A stretch of DNA of 64,000 nt from Macrostomum lignano. Lineage: Eukaryota. How positions within the stretch are numbered: position 1 is the first letter of the stretch; each line of letters begins with the position of its first letter. Both the position numbers and the translations under genes were made by a program. The stretch spans positions 124,001 through 188,000 of the forward strand of contig NIVC01001006.1 in the NCBI GenBank assembly GCA_002269645.1, in the 5' to 3' direction. The notes beneath the pieces were generated by a model that did not search any database, had not been told where the DNA came from, and saw nothing but the letters and a program-made list of their open reading frames with translations. Shown here piece by piece: positions 41,633-52,618 of the stretch.

Positions 41633-44600
41633 ATGTCCGCCTCGTCCGCCTCCGGCTCTGCCGCTGCCGCCAGTGCCGGCGGGACCGGCGCCGCCTCTTC
41701 CTCGGCTTCGTCCGCCTCAACCAGGCGGAAGCGCGGCCGCCGCTCCGGCCACGGCCAGCAGCAGCTGCAGCAGCGGGCGAGCAAGCGGCCGCGCCTGCAG
41801 GACGAGGAGTTGAGCCGTGGCAGCGGCGGCTACTGCTCCGAGGACGTCGGCGCCCTCGCCGACGCCGATGACGCGGTGAACAGCAGCGGCGGCAGTCTGG
41901 ACGATCTGGCCGCCAAGGCGGAGCTGTTCCTCGGCGGCGGTGCCGGCCCCAGTAGTGGCGTCGGCGGCTCCAGCGGCGCCTGCGGTGTGACGACCCGGGC
42001 TCGAATCCGTGAGTCGGCGGCCCTGGCTATGGCCGAGGCGCTCCGGCTGCGACCGAAATCGTTCGACCACCTGCCGCCGGAGGTGTACTGCCGCATCCTG
42101 CAGTACCTGTCCGTGGTGGAGCTGCTGCGGGTGACGGCGGTCAATCGGCAGTTCCGCGCGGCGGTCACGAAGCACCTGCGGCTCACCAAGCGGATCAACT
42201 TCTGCAGCGGCCTGCCGTTCACCTTCCTGTCCGAGCGGCTGGACGATGCCACGCTGAGCTCCGTGCTGGCACTCTGCCCTGAGGTGACGCACATCCTGGG
42301 ATTTTATCCCCGCCGGATTCTGCACCGGGCCCAGGTTGGCGGCAGGCGCGCCCTGACCTACGCCGGCATCCTGCAGGCGCTGAAGCAGTGCAAGAAGCTC
42401 AAGTCCATCGAGATCATGGACGTCGACCTGATGTCGCGCATCTTCGCCACTTTTCCCCGGGTCAAATTTCACGGCATGTTTCGCAATCGGCCCGACGTCT
42501 GGGACTGCGAGCGCGCTTACGAGGGACCGAGCCCGCTGCCCGGCAGCGCCAGCAAGCTGCTGCTTAATCCTCATATTAATAGCCTCACCAAGGTGCTTCT
42601 ATGGTGTTAGGGTTGCTTAGGGTGCACCCGCTTAGCATACGCCTGATCAGAGTACATCCACATTGTAATGAGGGGGTGCAGATTAGAAAAGGGGGGGGAT
42701 TGAGTGCGCGACTGAGGAAAGAGGCGAGATTGAGCAGCCAATCAGAAGGCAGCGAAGTAGAGAGAAATAAGAATAACAAGACTGAACAGAGAGGGTGAGA
42801 AAACCGAGTAAACAGAGACGAGTGCAGATGAACTGAAGATATTGACTAGGAAAGTTGCAATCCGTCTAAAACACACCCATTTAAAGTACATCCGCTCAAA
42901 GTACATCAGTTTAAAGTACATCCGCTCAAAGTACATCAGCTTAAAGTACTCCTGCTCAAAGTACACCCACTTAAGTTTTGCATCTGAAGATCAACTGTTG
43001 ATAGACGAATTAAAAGCATTTTCATTCTCGCTCAATTCCTCAGGTGGACTTGCAGTGCGTGTGCCTGAACGCCCTGCCCAAGATGGACTGCGTCCGCTAC
43101 CTGTACCTGAAGTGGGTCCGCTTCTCCGGCAACGATCCGTTCGGCAACTTCAGCGCCCCCAAACTGCAGACCTTCGTGATGAACAACTGCGCCGGGCCCA
43201 GCAACGCCTTCCGCTACCTGCGGGTGTTCACCGCGGTTGCCAGGGCGCAGCAGCTGGCCCGCCTGGAGCTGGTCGGCCTGCGCTTCATCGGCGGCCTAGT
43301 TGAGCACATTGTCGACGAGATGAACGGCGAGTCAAGGAGTTTCCGAACTATGCAGAAACTGGTGCTGGCTGGCAACAAGGCCATCACGGAAATTGATGCC
43401 GGCTACTTCCTGCTGGCCTCCTCCGCCTGTCTCGGCTGCGTCTGCCTGCAGAGCAGTCTGTGCAAGGACTCCCTGTTTGTGGCCCTGTGCCACTCCCAGC
43501 CCGTCTTTCCTAAACTGGACACCCTGGTGCTCGGCTACAGGGACCCCTGTCCGGATGTGGACAGGTAATTGCGCTTTCTGATTGCTTGTTGCCAGCACAT
43601 GCATTCCTCTGTTGATGGCACATTTTACCCTCCTATTCACTTCTCTTCTCTACCGTCTGCATCTCCTCCCTCCCTTGTCTCCTCTATGCTTTCTTCCCCT
43701 CTCCTGTCTTCTCTCTGCCCTCCTCCCCTCATGTCTCCTCCTCACTGCCCTCCCCCTCCCCTGTCTTCTCTCTGCCCTCCTCCCCTCATGTCTCCTCATC
43801 ACTGCCCTCCCCCTCCCCTGTCTTCTCTCTTCCCTCCTCCCCTCATGTCTCCTCCTCTCTGCCCTCCTCCCCCTCTCCTGTCTTCTCTCTGCCCTCCTCC
43901 CCTCCCATGTCTTCTCCTCTCTGCCCTTTCCTCCTCCCATGTCTTCTCCTCTCTGCCCTCCCCTCCTCCCATGTCTTCTCCTCACTGCCCTCCCCTCCCC
44001 TGTCTTCTCTCTGCCCTCCTCCCCTCATGTCTCCTCATCACTGCCCTCCCTGTCTTCTCTCTTCCCTCCTCCCCTCATGTCTCCTCCTCTCTGCCCCTCC
44101 CCTCTCCTGTCTTCTCTCTGCCCTCCTCCCCTCCCATGTCTTCTCCTCTCTGCCCTTTCCTCCTCCCATGTCTTCTCCTCTCTGCCCTCCCCTCCTCCCA
44201 TGTCTTCTCCTCACTGCCCTCCCCCTCCCCTGTCTTCTCTCTGCCCTCCCCTCCTCCCATGTCTTCTCCTCTCTGCCCTCCCCTCCTCCCATGTCTTCTC
44301 CTCTCTGCCCTCCCCTCCTCCCATGTCTTCTCCTCTCTGCCCTCCCCTCCTCCCATGTCTTCTCCTCACTGCCCTCCCCTCCCCTGTCTTCTCTCTGCCC
44401 TCCCCTCCTCCCATGTCTTCTCCTCTCTGCCCTCCCCTCCTCCCATGTCTTCTCCTCTCTGCCCTCCCCTCCTCCCATGTCTTCTCCTCTCTGCCCTCCC
44501 CTCCTCCCATGTCTTCTCCTCACTGCCCTCCCCTCCCCTGTCTTCTCTCTGCCCTCCCTCCTCCCATGTCTTCTCCTCTCTGCCCTCCCCTCCTCCCATG

Positions 44601-47600
44601 TCTTCTCTCTCTGCCCTCCCCTCCTCCCATGTCTTCTCCTCTCTGCCCTCCCCTCCTCCCATGTCTTCTCCTCTCTGCCCTCCCTCCTCCTGTCTTCTCC
44701 TCTCTGCCCTCCCCTCCTCCCATGTCTTCTCTCTGCCCTCCCTCCTCCCATGTCTTCTCTCTGCCCTCCCCTCCTCCCATGTCTTCTCTCTGCCCTCCCC
44801 TCCTCCCATGTCTCCTCTCTGCCCTCCCCTCCTCCCATGTCTTCTCTCTGCCCTCCCCTCCTCCCATGTCTTCTCTCTGCCCTCCCCTCCTCCCATGTCT
44901 TCTCTCTGCCCTCCCTCCTCCCATGTCTCCTCTCTGCCCTCCCTCCTCCCATGTCTTCTCTCTGCCCTCCCCTCCTCCCATGTCTTCTCTCTGCCCTCCC
45001 CCTCCCCTGTCTTCTCTCTGCCCTCCTCCCCTCCCACGCATAGGAATCGCGTCCGCATTCAAAACCCCAATGCCACACAGCTCGAGTACTGACTCTAGTG
45101 AGCGCTAACTGTCCCACTCCTCCCCATCCAGATCCCCATTCAGCGTGGAGCCGTCCGAGTATCCCTGCCTGATGACCGACTACGGCATGGCCTACGTTGG
45201 CCGCTGCTTCCGCCGGCTGGCCAGCCTCACCGTGTCCAGGGCGCCCTTCCTGACCGACCCGATGCGCTGGCTGGACCAGCCGATGCCGCTGTTCGAGGCC
45301 CTGCGCTGCCTCACCCTGGAGAAATGCCCCTGCATCAACCCCAACCGCCTGGGCGCCCTCATCATCCAGCTGCCCAACCTGGAGATGCTCGTGCTGCGCG
45401 ACATGTTCGACCCGGCGCCGCGGGGCTGCGGCTTCCTCGGCCTCGCCGCCGGCCAGCAGTGGGGCATCTTCCCGCAGAGCGCGCCCACCCACGACTCCGT
45501 TCAGGGCTTCTTCGTGGCCAACCCGCCAGCCGGCCGCCTGCTGGCCGCCTTCCCCTACTTCCGCAACCGCCTGTTCGGACATCCGCCCGACGATATCGCT
45601 GCCGCGGCGGCCGCCGCCATGCAGCTGCAGCATCAGCATCATCACCACCTGCACCAGCAGCACCTGCAGCCTCCGGCCTCGCCACCGCCCCCGCCGCCGC
45701 CGCCTGCGCCGCCCGTGCAGAATTCCCAGCAGCAGTCGGGCTCTTCCGCAACTTCAGCCGTCTCCTTCTACAGCCGCGGCGTCCAGACCTCCGTGCTGCC
45801 GCCCGAGGCTCCACCAGAGTCCAGCCAGCCCGCGCCGCCCCACCCCGCCGACGACCCGCATCCGGCCCGCCCGGCTTCCCCGCCGCCGCCTCCCCCGTCG
45901 TTCGGCGCTGCCGGCAACGGGCAAATCAGCGACGACCAGCCGGAGCCGACGTTTCAGCCAGACCAGCGCGACTTCTGGATGGCCCGCGACGTCTGTCTGG
46001 ACACCCACGACCTTCGCATGCTGGAGCCCGAGGAGCCCGTCTGCCTCACCCTGCGCTCCGCCACGCTGCACGCTGTTCACCTGGAGCGTTGCGGCCTCAC
46101 GTCACTGGTCTGCGCCGCCCCCAGGCTCCGCACCCTCACCACCGAGGCCTGTCCGCGGCTGCGCGACTTCCACCTGCACGCCAGCCGCTGCCTTCGCCGG
46201 GTCCGTGTGGTGGCCTGCGCCGCCTTCAATTACCGCCGGTTCTATCGCCAGCTGGCTGAGCTCATGGCCTCCAGGCGTGTCGATCAGCGCGAGTCCGGCG
46301 CACGACAGTCTGAACGTCTGCTTCCGGCCGCTGGGCGAGTACGACCCGCTGGCCGAGCGGCTGCTGCTCCAGCTGCCCGGCGCCCACCTGCTGCTCACGC
46401 ACGATTTCAAGGTGAGAATGCGGGCTGGTCGTTTTTGAAGCTTTAGTTTACCCAGCATTAGGTCAGGGGTCATATATTTAGCTAAATTTACCCAGCATGA
46501 GGTCAGAGGTCATATATTTAGCTAAGTTTACCCAGCATGAGGTCAGGGGTCATATATTTAGCTAAGTTTACCCAGCATGAGGTCAGGGGTCATATATTTA
46601 GCTAAGTTTACCCAGCATGAGGTCAGGGGTCATATATTTAGCTAAGTTTACCCAGCATTAGGTCAGGGGTCATATATTTAGCTAAGTTTACCCAGCATGA
46701 GGTCAGGGGTCATATATTTAGCTAAGTTTACCCAGCATGAGGTCAGGGGTCATATATTTAGCTAAGTTTACCCAGCATGAGGTCAGGGGTCATATATTTA
46801 GCTAAATTTACCCAGCATTAGGTCAGGGGTCATATATTTAGCTAAGTTTACCCAGCATGAGGTCAGGGGTCATATATTTAGCTAAGTTTACCCAGCATGA
46901 GGTCAGGGGTCATATATTTAGCTAAATTTACCCAGCATTAGGTCAGGGGTCATATATTTAGCTAAGTTTACCCAGCATGAGGTCAGGGGTCATATATTTA
47001 GCTAAGTTTACCCAGCATGAGGTCAGGGGTCATATATTTAGCTAAGTTTACCCAGCATTAGGTCAGGGGTCATATATTTAGCTAAGTTTACCCAGCATGA
47101 GGTCAGGGGTCATATATTTAGCTAAGTTTACCCAGCATGAGGTCAGGGGTCATATATTTAGCTAAGTTTACCCAGCATGAGGTCAGGGGTCATATATTTA
47201 GCTAAGTTTACCCAGCATTAGGTCAGGGGTCATATGACACTCATTGGCCTATTTTTACTTGGGGAGGGGTGGGGCAGCTGACCCCTTTGCCTTGACCTGC
47301 CCCTTACTCCATCATAGTATTAATGCTAGGGGACAGCAGCTGTCTTTTCAGCATCCCCCATTCCGCGGTGCTTGCATCTATAGTAGGTGTAAACAGAAAT
47401 TTTCGTCTTCAAGTACTGCTAGTAGTTAACTAACTAGATGGCGAGGTACATTTACTATTACACACGCCGTTTACCCATTTTTCGTGTACTGTGTGCGGCT
47501 GACCTTCATCACCCAGGAGCTCAAGCGCCGCGTTAACCAGCAGTTGAACTTTTCACTCCCTACGCATCCCCCTCTCGTGCAACCCCGCAGGGCCGCGACG

Positions 47601-47998
47601 CGGTGGACCGCGACCTGGACCGCCTGCAGTCGCATTTCCAGCAGATCTTCCGCGACATCATGCACTTCGCCGACAACCTCATCCGGCGCGACTACGTGAA
47701 GGAGACTCAGCCCAGCGACTCGCCTAGCAACCGGTTCGGGCACGGCCAGCTATTGCGATTCGAGTCCGGACACTCGGCCGAGGGTCATCCGTACGACCTG
47801 CTGACCGACATACCCTGGATTGGCGAGTGCGGAGTGAACCCGTTCCCCAGCCTCACGGATGACGCGGACCAGCTGTACCAGAGCCTGGTGGAGACTCACG
47901 CCCTGGCCTGCTACAAGATGGCCAGCAGGGGGCTGTTCCTGCATGTGCAGTGCCGGGACCTGCGGGCCGCCCAGCCCGCCGCCGCCAGCGCCACCTAG
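41633..47998 (+). CDS. FBXO38: F-box only protein 38 orthologue
   Basis: Exons 41633-42592, 43044-43564, 45132-46411 and 47591-47998. F-box FDHLPPEVYCRILQYL; FBXO38-specific blocks YLYLKWVR, TFVMNNCAGP, SLCKDSLF, MTDYGM, MFDPAPRGC, PYDLLTDIPW. One extra nucleotide in exon 3 near 46270-46305. Confidence 0.9.
43650..45035. repeat. CT-rich intronic minisatellite (CCCTCCCCTCCTCCCATGTCTTCTCCTCTCTG-like)
   Basis: Fills FBXO38 intron 2; all overlapping long ORFs are low complexity. Confidence 0.95.
46445..47235. repeat. 40-bp intronic minisatellite, 20 copies
   Basis: Unit GGTCAGGGGTCATATATTTAGCTAAGTTTACCCAGCATGA. Confidence 0.97.
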
Positions 47999-49079
47999 AC
48001 TCATTTCTAATTACCGATAGTTGTTTGCCATGGACTGCGAATCCAAGGACCCAGTCCACATCTTATCACTGTTTAATCATCGTTAATTTACTAATCTCTA
48101 TAATAAAATCATTTTTGGTTAAATCCACGAATTTCTGGGTGGGGGGTGGCGAAGTGGACAAATCCCACTGGTACACTGGAGTTTCTGTTGATATTCATTT
48201 TTGCCATGCCCCAGCCACTCTACTCGTAGTAGTGACGGGGCAGTAGTATCTGCCGGTCACGCCGGGTTTAACTGAATTGTTTATTTTACTGTGTAGTTTT
48301 TGATGTCACACTTTGCTGTTTGCCCCGCGATTACAATTGGTCCCCACATGAAGCCTCTGTCGCCTGTCTCCATTTTGATTGATTCTAAGTATTTAATGAG
48401 TTGTAATATTCATAATTTGTTATACTTTTTAATTCGATATTGACCTGTCTGACTATTAATAATACAGTATATATAGTATATTTGACTTCAACTTATTGTT
48501 ATTAATATTAATTATTTCCTTCCTTATAAGCTGTCATCTCGCCCTCCCTTTATGCAAATATATTATGCCTGTTTATCGCAACTAGAAAAATCGCATTAAA
48601 ATTTGAAACCTTGCTCGGAGCTACACACTCAAGACTGCAGTATCCCCTGCATTGCATACCGAATTCTGTACGCCATACTGTAGCCATGGTAACAGTTTGT
48701 TTACATCTATAACGCGCGCATCACTGATGAGCCTTTTGTTGGTGAATTTGTTTTTGTTATAAATTAATATCGATTTAAACAAATATATACATATAATTAT
48801 ATATATTAATTAATTTGACCTTCGCGGCATCGGCCTCAACAGTTTTCCTTGGCGCTGCTTCGCTTGTTTTAAAATATCTGTTCGTTCGACTTCGTGTTTT
48901 GCTTTGCTTTGAAAGAATTGCTTTTGCCAGATGCATCGCTTGCTGATTAGAGATTCAAATTTAATTGCCTGCAATTCAAAATTTACTCAGGAATCAGGAT
49001 ATACTACTGTATATTGCATTAACAAGTAGCCATTATTCTTGAATCGATATCAACCTGACTCGAACTCGTTTGACCTGCA

Positions 49080-49480
49080 TGAATTGATGACTTGACTTGA
49101 CCTCATTCAACATCAAACCATCACAACTGACGTCATTTGACCTTGAGCCACCTGACTCCTATTATCTTGAATCACTTGACCTCAGTTGACCTCACTCCAC
49201 CAATTTGACCTCACTTCATCCATCTGACCTCCCTTGACCTCACTCCAGTTGACCTCACTCCACCCATCTGACCTCCCTTGACTTCACTCCAGTTGACCTC
49301 ACTCCACCCATCTGACCTCCCTTGACCTCCCTTAACCTCACTCCAGTTGACCTCACTCCACCCATCTGACCTCAATCCAGTTGACCTCACTCCACCCATC
49401 TGACCTCCCTTGACCTCAATCCAGTTGACCTCACTCCACCCATCTGACCCCCCTTGACCTCAGGCTAGTTGACTTTATTC
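49080..49480. repeat. TGACCT-rich degenerate tandem repeat upstream of the SDR gene
   Basis: Repeating CCATCTGACCTCCCTTGACCTCACTCCAGTTGACCTCACTCCAC. Confidence 0.85.
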
Positions 49481-49710
49481 CACTTGACCTTAAGTTTCGT
49501 AAGCAATTTGACCCTAAACGATCTGAACTTGCTTGACCCCAAAGATCAGTTTTGCAGGCATCCAACACCAATGCGTTCAAGTAGTCACTCAAAGAAATTC
49601 GCTGAGGGCAAATCATTTGCCTGAAACCCGCAGCCAGCCCGCTTTCAGACCGAGCTCAGCGAGAGTTTAGCAATTTTCTGAAAGCTTATCAGGCCTATCA
49701 ATCAGCACAG

Positions 49711-52036
49711 ATGGAGCGCTGGCGCGGCAGCTTGGCGGTAGTGACGGGCGCCAGCAGCGGCATCGGGGCCGCCGTCTGCGAGGCCCTCCTTGGCCACGGC
49801 GTCAACGTGGTGGGCGTGGCCCGCTCGGCCGATGCCATGGAGAAGCTGGCGGCCGGCTGGTCGGAGCAGCATCCCGGAGCCAGGTGCGCAAATTGATAGT
49901 GGAGAAGTGTGGGATGAAGGAGTGGGTGTGGGGTGAAGGAGTGGGTGTGGGATGAAGGAGTGGGTGTGGGATGAAGGAGTGCGTGTGGGATGAAGGAGTG
50001 GGTGTGGGGTGAAGGAGTGGGTTTGGAATGAAGGAGTGGGTGTGGGATGAAAGAAGGTGTGGGATGAATGAGTGGGTGGGATGAAGGATGAAGGAGTGGG
50101 TGGGATGAAAGAGTGGGTGTGGGATGAAAGAGTGGGTGTGGGATGAAGGAGTGGGTGTGGGATGAAGGAGCGGGTGTGGGATGAAAGAGTGGGTGTGGGA
50201 TGAAGAAGTGAGTGTGGGATGAAGGAGTGGGTGTTGGATGAAGGAGTGGGTGTGGGATGAAGGAGTGGGTGTGGGATGAAGGAGTGGGTGGGATGAAGGA
50301 TGAAGGAGTGGGTGGGATGAAGGATGAAGGAGTGGGTGGGATGAAGGATGAAGGATTGGGTGGGATGAAGGATGAAGGAGTGGGTGTGGGATGAAGGGGA
50401 TTAAGAAGTGGGTGTGGGATGAAGGAGTGGGTGTGGGATGAAGGAGTGGGTGTGGGATGAAGGAGTGGGTGGGATGAAGGATGAAGGAGTGGGTGGGATG
50501 AAGGATGAAGGAGTGGGTGGGATGAAGGATGAAGGAGTGGGTGGGATGAAGGATGAAGGATTGGGTGGGATGAAGGATGAAGGAGTGGGTGTGGGATGAA
50601 GGGGATTAAGAAGTGGGTGTGGGATGAAGGAGTGGGTGTGGGATGAAGGGGATTAAGAAGTGGGTGTGGGATGAAGGAGTGGGTGTTCCAGCCTGCTGAT
50701 CCACTAAGCCGGCCGGCAATCCCCAGGTTCAGTCCGTTTCCCTGCGACCTGTCCGACACTGCCCAGGTGGACTCGCTGATGCAGCGAGTGAAGGAGGCCC
50801 ACGGCGACGCCTCAATCCTGGTGAACAACGCCGGTATGACGCGGCCGACCAGCCTGCTGCAGGGCAGCACCGCGGACTGGTCGCACATGCTGGCCGTCAA
50901 CCTGCTGGCCGCCACTGCGCTGAGCCGCGACTTTCTGGCCGCCCTGCACGCCCGGAAGGCCGAACAGGTTTGTGACGGGTAGCCTGTGCGCCTTTGGTGT
51001 CCGAGATCGCAAAGGTTGTGTCTGAGATTCCCAAGGGTGTGTCCGAGATTCCCAAGGGTGTGTCCGAGATTCCTAAGGGTGTGTCCGGAATTCCCAAGGG
51101 TGTGTCCGAGATTCCCAAGGATGTGTCCGAGATTGCCTAGGGTGTGTCCAATATCCCTGAAGAATCCAAGATCCCAAGGTGTCTAAGATCCCAAGGTGTC
51201 CGAGACCCCAAGCTGTCTGAGATCCTGAGGTCCGAGATGATCTAGGGTGTCCGGGATCGCATGTTGTCCGAAAGTTAGGTATGCCCGAGTTTCCGTGGGC
51301 GTCCAAGATTCATTTGGGTATCCGAGATTGCGAGATTACTTAGGTGTTGGAGATGCACTATAAAATTCCACCATAGAGCCCGAGATTTCTCAGTGTCCAA
51401 CAGTCTCTGAAATGTGTCCGGTAATTTCTCAAGCGTGTCCGAAAATGTCCGGAATAGATAGACTCTCTAGTGTTGCTAAACTTTAACTACCAGCGCAATT
51501 TTTTAAGTTTGGAAGTTCATTCTAGGAGCAATACCACTGTTGCACATTCTGTAGTCTGATGTACATCTGGGGCGAATGCTTTGTCCTCATATCTATCGAC
51601 CGATATGTATCGAAAAAAGAAAATGTGACAGCCGCGCCCCTGTCCGCCATGCCGCCAGGGCCACGTGCTGAACATCGCCAGCCTGTCGGCCCACCGGGTT
51701 CCGGTTGCCATGGACACGGGGCCCAGCTTCGCCGAGCGCAACGGCCACTTCTACTCAGCCACGAAGTTCGCCCTGCGCGCCGTGGCTGACGGCACCCGCC
51801 TGGAGCTGCGCGCCCTCGGCTCCCCGGCGCGCGTCACCAACATCAGCCCCGGCCTGGTTGACACGCCGTTCCACGCCAGTCTGACCACGCCCGGGCAGGC
51901 CGGCCGGCCGGGCGTCGCCGGTGTCCGCATGCTGCAGCCTGGCGACGTGGCCGACGCCGTCGTGTTCGCGCTGACCGCGCCGCAGCGAATGCAAGTCGAC
52001 GACGTCCTCGTGCGGCCGACCGACCAGCGGCTGTAA
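49711..52036 (+). CDS. DHRS11: Short-chain dehydrogenase/reductase, DHRS11-like (~263 aa)
   Basis: Exons 49711-49883, 50727-50967 and 51659-52036, phase-consistent. MERWRG..AVVTGASSGIG, LVNNAG, NIAS, YSATK catalytic YxxxK, ISPGLVDT. Confidence 0.88.
49910..50690. repeat. ~19-bp intronic minisatellite (GGATGAAGGAGTGGGTGTG)
   Basis: DHRS11 intron 1. Confidence 0.95.
50990..51260. repeat. ~21-bp intronic minisatellite (GAGATTCCCAAGGGTGTGTCC)
   Basis: DHRS11 intron 2. Confidence 0.85.
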
Positions 52037-52344
52037 ATCGCTGGCGCAAATTTTACTACTGATTCACTTATGTTTGTACTGCTAGCAAGTAGTGCAGTTG
52101 GAACATGTCAGTTTATATTGATTAAAAGATTCATTTTTGATCGTTTATTGATTTTTTAATTAAAAATCAGACAATAAAACCAACCTATAAAAGTCAATTC
52201 CGGATTTAATGGAAGGAGCTCAACAACCAGCTTGTCTACGATCGAGAATTGCGAGTGTATATTTTTTCAGTCGAATCCGTGCATTTCTACTTCTGTTAAT
52301 GAGTAGCATCGATAGGCTTCAGTGCCTCCAGCTTGGTTTGCTCT

Positions 52345-52570
52345 GCCCCGCTGTCTCTCCCTCCCCGCTGTCTCTCCCTCCCCGCTGTCTCTCCCTCCCC
52401 GCTGTCTCTCCCTCCCCGCTGTCTCTCCCTCCCCGCTGTCTCTCCCTCCCCTGCTGTCTGCCCCCTCTCTCCCCGCTGTCTCCCTCTCTCTTCCCCTCTC
52501 TTCCCCTCATCCCCGCTGTCTCCCTCTCTCTTCCCCTCATCCCCGCTGTCTCCCTCTCTCTTCCCCTCTT
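52345..52570. repeat. CT-rich tandem repeat in the presumed iGluR 3' UTR
   Basis: CCCCGCTGTCTCTCCCT repeats. Confidence 0.85.
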
Positions 52571-52618
52571 TTCTTCGTTGTCTGCCTCTTTCTCCAGCCC
52601 ATCGAGAGTCCCGCTGAG

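Noticed and set aside
48724-48750. Hammerhead-like CTGATGA-GCC...GGT-GAAT (also CTGACGG...GAAAC near 11656)
   Set aside because: Core mismatches and no supporting stems I and III.
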